Assembly (NCBI GenBank): GCA_041390205.1
Contig: JAWKQJ010000026.1
Location: 6,249 to 70,248 of the forward strand
Direction of reading: 5' to 3'
Length of the DNA stretch: 64,000 nt
DNA from: Gemmatimonadales bacterium
Lineage (GTDB): Bacteria > Gemmatimonadota > Gemmatimonadetes > Gemmatimonadales > GWC2-71-9
Part shown: positions 1 to 10,033 of the stretch, one piece after another
Layout of the letters: the number at the start of each line of letters is the position of its first letter
How positions within the stretch are numbered: position 1 is the first letter of the stretch
Notes under the pieces: model-generated
The model's database searches: none
What the model saw: the letters and a program-made list of their open reading frames with translations, nothing else
What the model was told of the DNA's origin: nothing
Translations under genes and position numbers: made by a program

Positions 1-84
1 GGGCGCCGAGGAGCGGACCTCGGCGACGCCGCACGCCGCAAGGCGCGAAGCGGGTCCCATCGACTCTCTCACCCCAGAATCGAC

Positions 85-609
85 ATGCCGAGCTCACTCA
101 CGAATCCAGGTCGGCTCTCGCTGAAGCCGCACGCGCTCCTCCTCACCGCGTTGCTGCTTCCGGCGGCCAGCGCGCTCCCGGCCCAGGATCGCGAGCGCCC
201 GAACGAGCTCACCCTCGCGGTCGAGACGGCCGCCGGTGGCGCACGCTACCTCCGCACGCTCGGCACCGGGGTCGACCTCGGGATCGAGCTGACCCTCGGC
301 CCGGCGTACTCGGTTCACCTGGCTGGTCCGAAAGGCGACCTGCGTGAATGGGGCGAGGCCTACCCGGTGCTCCGGCTCCGGCCGACCGAGTCGCTCGCGC
401 TGCTGCTCAGCCCGATCGGCATCGGCGCCATCATCGGCGACGACTTCGGGACGGTTTACCCGAGCGGTCAGGCCGGAGTCGAGCTCGCCCTGGGCCGGCT
501 CCGGCTCGCCTCGCTGGTTCGGACCGTTCGGATCGCGGGTGGCAACGGCACGGGGGAGTACCGGACCACCTGGGTGCCGCTCCGCGCCGCCCTCGCCTTC
601 CCCTGGTGA
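85..609 (+). CDS. Secreted hypothetical protein, possibly a small outer-membrane beta-barrel
   Basis: N-terminal hydrophobic signal (LLLTALLLPAASALPAQ), alternating beta-strand pattern, terminal aromatic residues (FPW). Confidence 0.65.
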   Translation: MPSSLTNPGRLSLKPHALLLTALLLPAASALPAQDRERPNELTLAVETAAGGARYLRTLGTGVDLGIELTLGPAYSVHLAGPKGDLREWGEAYPVLRLRPTESLALLLSPIGIGAIIGDDFGTVYPSGQAGVELALGRLRLASLVRTVRIAGGNGTGEYRTTWVPLRAALAFPW

Positions 610-620
610 GAGACGGCCGT

Positions 621-669
621 TTGACAGCATCGGTCGGCGAGCCTAGCTTCCACTAAGCTGTTTAGTGGA
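621..669 (+). promoter_or_regulatory. Sigma70 promoter (TTGACA-17bp-TAGCTT) with an overlapping palindromic operator TCCACTAA-N5-TTAGTGGA
   Basis: TTGACA 621-626, TAGCTT 644-649, perfect 8-bp inverted repeat 649-669 just upstream of the 675 ORF. Confidence 0.75.
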
Positions 670-674
670 GTCTG

Positions 675-1892
675 TTGATGACGTCGTCCGCCCCACAGTC
701 CCGACCCCACGCCCTCGCGCGCGCCGCTCTCGTCGCGATGCTCGGGGCGTTCGCAGGATCGGCCTCGGCGCAGCCACGCCACGAGGTCCCGTCGCTCGGT
801 GTCCGGGTGTCGCTCCATTCCGACGTTCTCGACGAGGAGCGCGAGCTCTGGATCTGGACCCCCGCGGGCTACTCGGCGTCGGGCCCGGCCATGCCGGTCG
901 TCTTCCTCCTCGACCCCGAGACCCACTTTCGCCACGCCACGGCCGTGGTCGACTTTCTGGCCCGCTACCTCCGCATGCCCGAGGCGATCGTGGTCGGGGT
1001 GCTCACCCCGAGCCGGGCGCGCGACTTCACCCCCGCAAGCGGCGACGGCTCGGCCACCTCGGGCGGAGCGGCGCCGTTTCTGCGGTTCCTCACGGAGGAG
1101 GCGGCCCCGCTGGTCGAGCGGACCCATCGCGCGAGCGGATTCAGGATACTGGTGGGACACTCCCTGGGCGGGCTCTTCGCCACCTACGCGGCGTTTCGCG
1201 AGCCGAGCGCGTTCGGCGCCGTCGTGGCGCTGAGCCCGAGCCTGTACTGGGCCGACTCGCTCGCGCTCCGCTCGGCCCGGTCGGCTCTCTCCGGAGGCGG
1301 CCCGCTGCCGCGTTTCCTCTACGTCGGCATGGGCGAGCGGGAGCAGCCACGGATCGCCGCGACGACTCGGGCGCTCGTCGCCAGCCTCGCCGGTGCGGAC
1401 ACGACGCGGCTCTCTTGGACGAGCCGAGAGTTCGAGGGCGAGAATCACCTGACGGTGCCGCTGCCGGCGCTCCGCCACGCGCTCGCCTGGCTCTTCGCGG
1501 ACTGGCCCTTCTCGATCGACGGGGTGGCCGATCGGATCGCGCGCGGAGGAACGCTCGCGCCGCTCGACGAGCACTTCACCAGGCTATCGGCGCGGTACGG
1601 CTATGCGGCAGAGCCGGCGGAGCTGGCGTTCAGCATGGTGGGCGACCGGCTCTACCGCGGCCGTCACTTCGAGCTCGCCATCGAGCTGTTCGCGCGGCGG
1701 GTGGCCGCCTATCCCGAATCGCCCGAGGCGCACGACGAGCTGGCGCGCGGGTACGAGGCCGCCGGTCGGCTGGACCTGGCCGTGGCCAGCTTCGATCGGG
1801 CATGGACGCTGGCGCGGGCCCAGAGCCACCCCTCGCTCGGGGCGATCGCGGAGCGTCGCGACCGGGCCCGGGCGGCTCTCGAGCCGCGCTAG
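675..1892 (+). CDS. Secreted alpha/beta-hydrolase (IroE/BesA-like putative esterase) with C-terminal TPR
   Basis: GHSLGG nucleophile elbow, ENH catalytic His, signal peptide, TPR-like helices at the C-terminus. Confidence 0.85.
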   Translation: MMTSSAPQSRPHALARAALVAMLGAFAGSASAQPRHEVPSLGVRVSLHSDVLDEERELWIWTPAGYSASGPAMPVVFLLDPETHFRHATAVVDFLARYLRMPEAIVVGVLTPSRARDFTPASGDGSATSGGAAPFLRFLTEEAAPLVERTHRASGFRILVGHSLGGLFATYAAFREPSAFGAVVALSPSLYWADSLALRSARSALSGGGPLPRFLYVGMGEREQPRIAATTRALVASLAGADTTRLSWTSREFEGENHLTVPLPALRHALAWLFADWPFSIDGVADRIARGGTLAPLDEHFTRLSARYGYAAEPAELAFSMVGDRLYRGRHFELAIELFARRVAAYPESPEAHDELARGYEAAGRLDLAVASFDRAWTLARAQSHPSLGAIAERRDRARAALEPR

Positions 1893-3485
1893 CTAGGGCA
1901 CCGGCCGCGCGGACGGCCGCGGCATCATCTCCTCGCGGTTGGCGAGGCTGTAGATCGTGAACGCCACCACCGCGGCCGCCTGCTTCAGGTCGTCGATCAC
2001 CAGGTTCTCGTAGGTGTCGAGATTCGAGTGGTGGGTGCGGGTGCCGTACTCGATCGGGTCCTGGATGAAGTTGAAGCCCGGCACGCCCGCCGCAACGAAG
2101 GCCAGGTGGTCGGTGCCACCGGTGTTGCCGTGCTTGACTCCGACGACGCCCAGATCCTGGAACGGGGCCAGGATCTGCTGGAAGATCGGAATCGCCGCCT
2201 GGTTGCTCTGATCCCAGATGCCGCGGAGCTTGCCGGTTCCGTTGTCCACGTTGAGATAGGCCGAGATCCGCGGCAACTCCGCTTCGTGCATCCGGATCCA
2301 GGTGCGCGACCCGAACAGGCCCTGCTCCTCGCCCGTCCAGAGCGCGATCCGCACGGTCCGGCGGAGCGGCAGGTCGAGGGTCTTGAGCAGCCGGATCGCC
2401 TCCATCATCACCACCGAGCCGGCGGCGTTGTCGGTGGCGCCGGTGCCCGAGTGCCAACTGTCGAAGTGGGCGCCGAGCATCACGACCTCGTCGGCCTTGT
2501 CGGTGCCCGGGATCTCCGCGGTGACGTTGGTCGGCACCCGGTCGTCGTCGAAGAAGCGGGTCTGGAGGTTGAGCTCGATCGAGACGGGCAAGCCGCGCTG
2601 CGCGACCCGGAAGAGCGTGCCGTACTGCTCCTGCGCCACCACCAGCTCGGGGATCGGATTGTAGACGCTGTCCCGCGCGGTCCGGCCGTCGGAGTGGCCG
2701 CCGTTCAGGAACATCCCGTAGCCCCAGCGGGACGGCAGCAGGATGGCGGCGACGCCCTCGCTCCTGAAGAGCGCCGAGATCGCCGGATTGAGCGCGCGGA
2801 GCCGGCGGAACATCGCGATCCGGTCTTCCTGACTCGGCCCGCCAGAGCGATCGGCGGCCTGGTAGGGCTGGCCCGGGACCATCGACACCATCGCCGGGCG
2901 CGGAATCGAGTCCTCGATCAGGGCGTCGAGCGCGAGGCGGCGCTCCTGTTGATCGAACTCGGGACCCAACTCCGGGGCCTCGCCCCGGAGCACGCAGGCG
3001 CCCGCGAGCTTGCCGCGGTACTTGGCCAGGTCGGCCTGGTCCTGCGCCTCGAAGACCACCACCGGGCAGGTGACGGTGGCCGGGCGGCCGCGGGCGTCGA
3101 GCGTGCTGCCGCTCCACGCCTGCGGGTAGGCGGCGAGCGGCTTGCTCCAGGGCTCCAGGATCCGGCCGCTGTACGAGACCACGTCCCAGCCCCGACCGAA
3201 CTCGTGGTCCCAGGCCTCCTGCTTGACGTTGGCGAGACCCCAGGAGGTGAAGGTCTCGGCGGCCCAGGCGTTGGCCTTCCGACTGCCGGGCGAGTTGGTG
3301 AGCCGTGCGCCGATCACGTCGGTCAGGTAGAGGGCGAGGTCGTCGAGCTTGCCGCGCTTCGTCTCCTCGTCGCGGATCCGCTGCGCCACCGAATAGTCGA
3401 CCTTCTCGGCGACGACCTGCGCCACGCCGGTCGTGGGCAGGCCGAAGAGGACGGCGAGCGCGAGCACAGCACGGAAGCGAGTCAT
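1893..3485 (-). CDS. M28 family metallopeptidase (carboxypeptidase Q-like)
   Basis: AHFDSW, GATDNAAG, GEEQG, TDH and HH motifs; signal peptide from MTRFRAVLAL (ATG at 3485). Confidence 0.9.
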   Translation of the reverse strand: MTRFRAVLALAVLFGLPTTGVAQVVAEKVDYSVAQRIRDEETKRGKLDDLALYLTDVIGARLTNSPGSRKANAWAAETFTSWGLANVKQEAWDHEFGRGWDVVSYSGRILEPWSKPLAAYPQAWSGSTLDARGRPATVTCPVVVFEAQDQADLAKYRGKLAGACVLRGEAPELGPEFDQQERRLALDALIEDSIPRPAMVSMVPGQPYQAADRSGGPSQEDRIAMFRRLRALNPAISALFRSEGVAAILLPSRWGYGMFLNGGHSDGRTARDSVYNPIPELVVAQEQYGTLFRVAQRGLPVSIELNLQTRFFDDDRVPTNVTAEIPGTDKADEVVMLGAHFDSWHSGTGATDNAAGSVVMMEAIRLLKTLDLPLRRTVRIALWTGEEQGLFGSRTWIRMHEAELPRISAYLNVDNGTGKLRGIWDQSNQAAIPIFQQILAPFQDLGVVGVKHGNTGGTDHLAFVAAGVPGFNFIQDPIEYGTRTHHSNLDTYENLVIDDLKQAAAVVAFTIYSLANREEMMPRPSARPVP

Positions 3486-3517
3486 GGTCTCAATCCTGTC
3501 TCGTGAGCGAATGACGG

Positions 3518-4921
3518 CTAGGGCCGCCGCTTGCCCGGGAACGATCCCCCACCCTGCTTGAAGGTGAGCCCCGTGGCCCGATCGCCCTCGACCGTGAAGA
3601 CGATCCGGATCGCGTCGGTCAAGGGCATCCCGAAGGTATGGTTGCCATACGGCAGGAGCTCGAACGAAGTGCCGCCGCCGATCTCGAGCTTGCCGAACAG
3701 GAGGCCGTCGTCCTCGGTCACGCTGAAGCGACGGGCGGCGCCCGGCATCTCGATGTCGTACTCCCCGACGTAGCGCGCCCGCTCGGCCGCGCTCAGGGCG
3801 ACCCGCTTCGGCGGCTGCGCCAGCGGCAGGCCCAACGCGGCCCGCGCCACCTGCCGCATCAGGTTGCCGGGGTTGCCGGCGCCGGTGTTGGTGAGCACGG
3901 TGACCGAGGTCCGAGACTCCGGGAACCAGGCGTTCTCGGAGAGGAAGCCGCTGATCCCGCCGTTGTGGGCGATCATGGTCTTCCCGCCCAGGGTGTCGCG
4001 GGCCAGGGCGAAGCCATACTGGAGCGGGCCTTTCGCCGCGGCGCCCTCTGGAGTGGTCATCGCGGTGTACGACTTGGCGCTCACGACCTTGCCGCCGTGC
4101 AGCAGGTTGTTCCACCGGGCCAGGTCTCCAACCGTCGCGCACAGGGCGCCAGCCGCGTAGGGCTGGGACATGGCGAGGAACGCGGCGTTCTTGAAGCCCC
4201 TGCCGTCGGGCGAATAGCCGTGCGCGCGGCGGGGGATGATCGGGGAGACGTCGCACCACCGGGTGTCCGGCAGCCCCAGCGGCTCGGAGAACCGGGCGAC
4301 CACGTCCTCCGCCCAGGTCCGGCCGGTCACCTTCTCGATCAGCATGCCCAGCACCACGTAGCCGCTGTTGTTGTAGCTCCACTTGGTGCCCGGCTCGAAG
4401 TCCATCGGCTTCGAGGCGGTGAGCGCCACCAGGGTGTCGGGCGACATCTCCTCGCCCCACCGCCGGATCCAGCTGGGGCCGAGCGCGGTGTAGCTCGGAA
4501 TGCCCGAGGTGTGATTGAGGAGCTGTCGGACCGTGACCGGTTTCCAGGCCGCCGGCAAGGACGGGAGATAGGTCCCGATCGCCTCGTCGAGCTCGACCCG
4601 ACCGCGCTCGACCTCCTGCATCACGGCCGTGCTGGTGAATTGCTTGGTGACCGAGCCGATCTGATAGACGGTGGCCGCCGTCGCCGGAACCTGGTTCTCG
4701 AGGTCGGCGAAGCCCCAGCCGCCCGTGACCAGCGTGTCGCCCCCGCGGGTGACCGCGATCGAGACCGCGGGCGAGCCCCGGTCGGCGATCCAGGCCTTGG
4801 CGAGCGAGTCCACCCGGGCGGCGACGACCGCGGCGGGTGGGTACGACTGGGCGGCGGCCGCCAGCGCACCGAAGAGGAGCAAAGGGGCGAGGGCGGCGGC
4901 GACTCGGCGGCGGTACGGCAT
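3518..4921 (-). CDS. Serine hydrolase, beta-lactamase/AmpC-like family, with C-terminal extra domain
   Basis: SxxK (SVTK), YxN (YNN), HNG and LLNHTSG motifs, signal peptide. Confidence 0.9.
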   Translation of the reverse strand: MPYRRRVAAALAPLLLFGALAAAAQSYPPAAVVAARVDSLAKAWIADRGSPAVSIAVTRGGDTLVTGGWGFADLENQVPATAATVYQIGSVTKQFTSTAVMQEVERGRVELDEAIGTYLPSLPAAWKPVTVRQLLNHTSGIPSYTALGPSWIRRWGEEMSPDTLVALTASKPMDFEPGTKWSYNNSGYVVLGMLIEKVTGRTWAEDVVARFSEPLGLPDTRWCDVSPIIPRRAHGYSPDGRGFKNAAFLAMSQPYAAGALCATVGDLARWNNLLHGGKVVSAKSYTAMTTPEGAAAKGPLQYGFALARDTLGGKTMIAHNGGISGFLSENAWFPESRTSVTVLTNTGAGNPGNLMRQVARAALGLPLAQPPKRVALSAAERARYVGEYDIEMPGAARRFSVTEDDGLLFGKLEIGGGTSFELLPYGNHTFGMPLTDAIRIVFTVEGDRATGLTFKQGGGSFPGKRRP

Positions 4922-5058
4922 CGGAAGGCTCCTGGCTGGTCGCGGGAAGGTAGTCTGGCGGATTGGCGGCCGCGAGCGACCACCGGACCCGGTCCGCCCG
5001 GGCCCGCCGGCGACACCTTACGGGAACATCCCGCGGAGGATTCGACGGCCGGTCGGAG

Positions 5059-5772
5059 TCACTCGAGAATCGCGAAGATCGCAAAGCTGGTGAGCAACAC
5101 CATCGCCAGCACCACCATCGCGACGAGGCCGGCGAAGAGCCGCCCCATCGCCCGGTACTTCTGCTGGATCAGGACCGAGAGCCGGTGGATGATGACCACG
5201 GCCTCCGCGTTCAGCTCCGCCAGCCGGACCTCGCCCCAGGCGCGCCGATAGGCCTCCGGCTGGTAGAGGGCGATCGTCTCCCAGTAGAGCAGTCCGCGCG
5301 GCTCGTGCTCCTGCGACGGCTCCAGCCGGTGGAGCTGCCGCGGCCGGATGCAGTCGATCGCGTAGAGCACGAAGACGAAGGTGAGGGTGGCGTAGATCAC
5401 CAGGAAGCCGATCAGCCACGGCTTGACCCCTACCGGCAGCTCGGCGAAGTAGTGGCCGCGCGCGAGGATGAAGAACACCGCGGCGTTGAGGGCGCCGAGA
5501 ATGATCAGCGCGTAGCGCGCCTTGTGGTCGGCGAGGTCGATGACCTGCCGCGCTTCCTTGGCGACCTCGATCAGCATCCGCCAACGCTCGAAGCTGGTCG
5601 GCGGGCGCGAGGCGTCTCGCAGCTGCCGGGCCTGGCGCTTCTTGACCCTGCGGCGGGCCTTGTCGCCAAGGTCGTCCGAAAGCGGCTTCGGGAGCGGGGC
5701 GCCGCCGAGCACGGCCTGCATGGTCTCGCTGAGCTCCGGCGCTCGCTCGATGCTCTCGACAGTGGTCGTCAT
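5059..5772 (-). CDS. DUF5706 / Pycsar-effector-like transmembrane protein
   Basis: ADHKA before TM1, two TM helices then RP, LLYW, and KY before the last TM, matching the PycTM/DUF5706 pattern; ATG at 5772 after GGAGG. Confidence 0.7.
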   Translation of the reverse strand: MTTTVESIERAPELSETMQAVLGGAPLPKPLSDDLGDKARRRVKKRQARQLRDASRPPTSFERWRMLIEVAKEARQVIDLADHKARYALIILGALNAAVFFILARGHYFAELPVGVKPWLIGFLVIYATLTFVFVLYAIDCIRPRQLHRLEPSQEHEPRGLLYWETIALYQPEAYRRAWGEVRLAELNAEAVVIIHRLSVLIQQKYRAMGRLFAGLVAMVVLAMVLLTSFAIFAILE

Positions 5773-5860
5773 CGAATCCTCCGGGCGGAAGCTCCCGGAT
5801 GGAACATGCCGAACCGCCCGTGAAGGGAGCCACAAGGCGGATTGAGTCCGACTTCAGGGG

Positions 5861-6358
5861 TCAGCGGCCGAGCCGGACTCCGGCCTGGAGCGAGACGTAG
5901 GTGTTGATCCGCCGGCGGAAGGGCTCGTCCGCGGTCAGGCGGTCGACCCGAGCCTCCGCGAAGAACCCGCGAGTCGTGAGACCGGCCAGGGCGCTCAGCA
6001 CCACGCCATGGTCGCCCTCGGTGATCTTGCCGCGGCCCACGGCGCCGAGGAGGTAGGGGCGCGCCGAGCCGCCGGTCGCGGTCACCCCGAGGCCGGCGGT
6101 GGCGGCCAGCAGAGTTCCCAGCCTGGCTCCGTGCGCCCGGCCGTCGACCCGCAGGATCAGCGCTCCGGCGTGGACGCCCAGCGCCGCCATCGCGAGCGGC
6201 TGGGTCTCGGTACCCCGCGGGTCGGCGGGGGCACCGTGCTCGGCTCGAAAGAGCGCAACCCCACCGCCGGCCTGGGCGAATGGGCGCTGCCCCAGGAGGG
6301 GCCCGACGGCGACGCCGCTCGAAAGCAGCGCGCCCAGCAACACCAGCCGGCGGATCAT
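5861..6358 (-). CDS. Secreted hypothetical protein, OmpA-like small beta-barrel
   Basis: Signal peptide MIRRLVLLGALL, RPYLLGAVG strand, C-terminal SLQAGVRLGR. Confidence 0.6.
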   Translation of the reverse strand: MIRRLVLLGALLSSGVAVGPLLGQRPFAQAGGGVALFRAEHGAPADPRGTETQPLAMAALGVHAGALILRVDGRAHGARLGTLLAATAGLGVTATGGSARPYLLGAVGRGKITEGDHGVVLSALAGLTTRGFFAEARVDRLTADEPFRRRINTYVSLQAGVRLGR

Positions 6359-6419
6359 CGAGCCACGACCTCGCGAACGTCGCCGCGACCAGGGACACGG
6401 TCGCACCTGGCGGTCACGG

Positions 6420-7115
6420 TCAGCGCCAGACCGCGATCTCGTCGAGCGGCTTCCGCTCGAGGTTCGGCACCCGGGCGTCGGGCGCGGGGTAGCCGACCGG
6501 CATCACCAGCATCGCCTTCTCGTTGGCGGGCCGGCCGAGCACCTCGGCCAGGAAGCCCATCGGGTTGGGCGTGTGGGTCAGGGTGACCAGGCCCATCATG
6601 TGGATCGCGGCGATGAAGAACCCGGCGGCGATGCCGCAGGACTCCTGGGTGTAGTAATAGGTCCGCTTGGAGCCGTCGGGCCGATAGCCGTGCGCCTGGC
6701 GGAAGAGCACCACCACCCAGGGCGCGTCGGTCAGGTGGGACTTGACCTCGTCGGTGCCGAGCGGGGCGAGCGCCTCGAGCCACTCGGCGGGCGCGCGGCC
6801 GTGATAGAACTCGTGCTCCTCCGTCTCGGCCGCCTCGCGGATCCGCCGCTTGAGCTCGGGATCGGAGACGGCGACGAAGGTCCAGGGCTGCTGGTGGGCT
6901 CCGCTCGGCGCCGTGCCGGCCGTGCGGATGGCCCACTCGATCAGCGCCCGATCGACCGGGTCGGTGGCGAAGTGGCGGGTGGTCCGCCGCCGGTTCATCT
7001 CGTCGTGGAAGGCCCGGGCCCGCGCGAGCGAGTCCGCCGGGTCATGCCGCACGAACTCGAGGGGCACGAACGGCAGTGATCGGGCGGCGAATTCCCTGCT
7101 GACGGCGTCGTCCAC
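6420..7115 (-). CDS. iyd: Iodotyrosine deiodinase (IYD)-type nitroreductase-family flavoprotein
   Basis: RRTTRHF, TAPSGAHQQPW, active-site lid EEHEFY...LAPLGTD..K.HL, YYTQES, LTHTP; GTG start after GGAGG. Confidence 0.85.
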   Translation of the reverse strand: MDDAVSREFAARSLPFVPLEFVRHDPADSLARARAFHDEMNRRRTTRHFATDPVDRALIEWAIRTAGTAPSGAHQQPWTFVAVSDPELKRRIREAAETEEHEFYHGRAPAEWLEALAPLGTDEVKSHLTDAPWVVVLFRQAHGYRPDGSKRTYYYTQESCGIAAGFFIAAIHMMGLVTLTHTPNPMGFLAEVLGRPANEKAMLVMPVGYPAPDARVPNLERKPLDEIAVWR

Positions 7116-7323
7116 CGGTTCCTCCCTGCTCGAGTCGAGGCGGCGGAGCCCTGCTGCTGCCCCGCTCCCATGTGCGATCGCTCTCGGTGCGTGGTCGTGG
7201 TCACCTAACGTCGTCCCGGCGCTCCAGGCCCGGGCGACGGGCGCGGCCGGCAATGTATCGCGGGCGACCGGGACCCCACCAGGCGGTCTGGCTCGCGACC
7301 CGCTCCGGTGATATGGTTCCGCC

Positions 7324-9081
7324 GTGGAGCCCCGCCCCCTCGGCCAGACGATCGTCACCGTGGCGTTCTTCGCCACCATCGGGCTCGCCGTTCTGCTCGA
7401 CCGCCGCCCCGACCCGGCTCCGACGGACGCGGAGCACCCCGGCTTCGCGTTCACCGAGGTGAGCGAGGCCACCGGAATCCGTTTCACCCATCGCGCCGCC
7501 CGCTTCGATCCGAAGCTCGCCAACGTCGAGCCGCACGTGGCCGCCGTCGGCGCCGCGGTGTCCGTGAGCGACGTCGACGGCGACGGCTGGGTCGACCTCT
7601 ACTTCTCGAACAGCCGGCTCGGCGAAGCGAACGCGCTCTTTCTGAACCGGGGCGACGGCCACTTCGAGGACGTGGCGGCCGCGGCCGGGGTGGCGCTGGC
7701 GAGCACGCCCGAGCGCGGCGCCTCGATGGGGAGTGTCTGGGGCGACTACGACAACGACGGCCGCGAGGACCTCCTGGTCTACCGCTACGGCTATCTCGAG
7801 CTCTATCGCAACGCCGGCGGGCTCCGCTTCGAGCGGGTGACCGCGAGCGCGGGACTCGACCGCTGGATCAACAGCAACGGCGCGATCTGGGTCGACTACG
7901 ACCGCGACGGTTTCCTCGACCTCTACGTGACCGCGTACTTCCGCCCCGAGGTGAATCTCTGGGCCGTCCAGTCCACCCGGATCATGCACGACAGCTTCGA
8001 GTTCTCCTCGAACGGCGGCGCCAACGTGCTCTTCCGGAACCGGGGCGACGGCACCTTCGAGGACGTCACCGCCCGGATGGGCGTCGGCAGCACCCGCTGG
8101 ACCCTGGCCGCGGCCGCCGCGGACTTCGACGGAAACGGCTGGCCCGACCTCTATCTCGCGAACGACTACGGACCGGAGGAGCTCTTCCTCAACCAGCAGG
8201 GCCGGGGGTTCGTCCTGGCCCGTGCCGGCCTCGAGTCCAGCTCCAAGAGCGGCATGGCCGTGGCGCTCGGCGACATCTACAACCGCGGGCGGCTCGACGT
8301 CTTCGTCACCAACATCTCGGAGAAGGGCTACCTCTTCCAGAACAACAACCTGCGGCTCAACCTCCTGGACGAGGCGGGTCGGTTCGAGAACCTGGCGGAG
8401 GGTGTGGTGGCGGACGCCGGCTGGGCCTGGGGCTCGCAGTTCGGCGACTTCAACAACGACGGCTTCGTCGACCTGTTCGTCGCCAACGGCTTCATCTCGG
8501 CGGACCGCGACCGGAGCTACTGGTACGACATGTCGAAGATCGCGGGCGCGAACCGCCACATCTTCGAGGACGCGGCCAACTGGCCACCGTTCGGAAACGC
8601 GAGCCTGTCGGGCTACGAGCGCTCGCGCGTGCTGCTCAACCGGCGGGGTCAGGGCTGGGCGGACGTCGCCGAGCGGGTCGGGGTGCGGGACCTCTACGAC
8701 GGCCGGGCGGTGGCGCTCGCCGACCTCTTCAACGACGGCAGCCTCGCCGTGATCGTCGCCAACCAGAATCAGCCGGCGACCGTCTATCGCGGCGCGGCCG
8801 ATCCGGCCAACCACTGGATCGCCTTCGCGCTCGAGGGCACCGCGAGCAATCGGAGCGCGATCGGCGCCGAAGTGATCGCCAGCTACGGCGGCGCGCGACA
8901 GCGCCGGGTAGTCGACGGCGGAATGGGCTTCGCCAGCCAGAACGATCGCCGGGTCCACTTCGGTCTCGGGCAGGCCGGCTGGGTGGAACGGGTCGAGGTC
9001 CGCTGGCCGTCGGGTCGAATCCAAACCCTCGCCTTCCCCCGAATCGATCGTCTCCATCGGCTGATCGAGCCGGGGTCCTGA
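7324..9081 (+). CDS. CRTAC1 / ASPIC-UnbV family FG-GAP beta-propeller protein
   Basis: Repeated DxDxDGxxD Ca-binding loops, C-terminal NRSAIGA...GGMGFASQN..VHFGLG...VRWPSG (ASPIC/UnbV), N-terminal anchor. Confidence 0.9.
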   Translation: MEPRPLGQTIVTVAFFATIGLAVLLDRRPDPAPTDAEHPGFAFTEVSEATGIRFTHRAARFDPKLANVEPHVAAVGAAVSVSDVDGDGWVDLYFSNSRLGEANALFLNRGDGHFEDVAAAAGVALASTPERGASMGSVWGDYDNDGREDLLVYRYGYLELYRNAGGLRFERVTASAGLDRWINSNGAIWVDYDRDGFLDLYVTAYFRPEVNLWAVQSTRIMHDSFEFSSNGGANVLFRNRGDGTFEDVTARMGVGSTRWTLAAAAADFDGNGWPDLYLANDYGPEELFLNQQGRGFVLARAGLESSSKSGMAVALGDIYNRGRLDVFVTNISEKGYLFQNNNLRLNLLDEAGRFENLAEGVVADAGWAWGSQFGDFNNDGFVDLFVANGFISADRDRSYWYDMSKIAGANRHIFEDAANWPPFGNASLSGYERSRVLLNRRGQGWADVAERVGVRDLYDGRAVALADLFNDGSLAVIVANQNQPATVYRGAADPANHWIAFALEGTASNRSAIGAEVIASYGGARQRRVVDGGMGFASQNDRRVHFGLGQAGWVERVEVRWPSGRIQTLAFPRIDRLHRLIEPGS

Positions 9082-9153
9082 GTGCCCGACGCCGCGCTCG
9101 GACCCCACGGGGCAACCGTCGGACCTGGTCGGCCAATCGGGCCGGAATCCTGA

Positions 9154-10026
<873 letters not shown>

Positions 10027-10033
10027 GCCGAGC

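Noticed and set aside
3518..4921. Antibiotic-resistance beta-lactamase
   Set aside because: The HNG triad and C-terminal extension fit the broad serine-hydrolase/peptidase family; resistance cannot be inferred.
1893..5084. 1063-aa ORF, plus many other long Arg/Gly/Pro-rich ORFs such as 7201-9996, 13994-16345 and 49314-51830
   Set aside because: GC-rich shadow or antisense frames overlapping well-supported genes; the real M28 gene starts at 3485.
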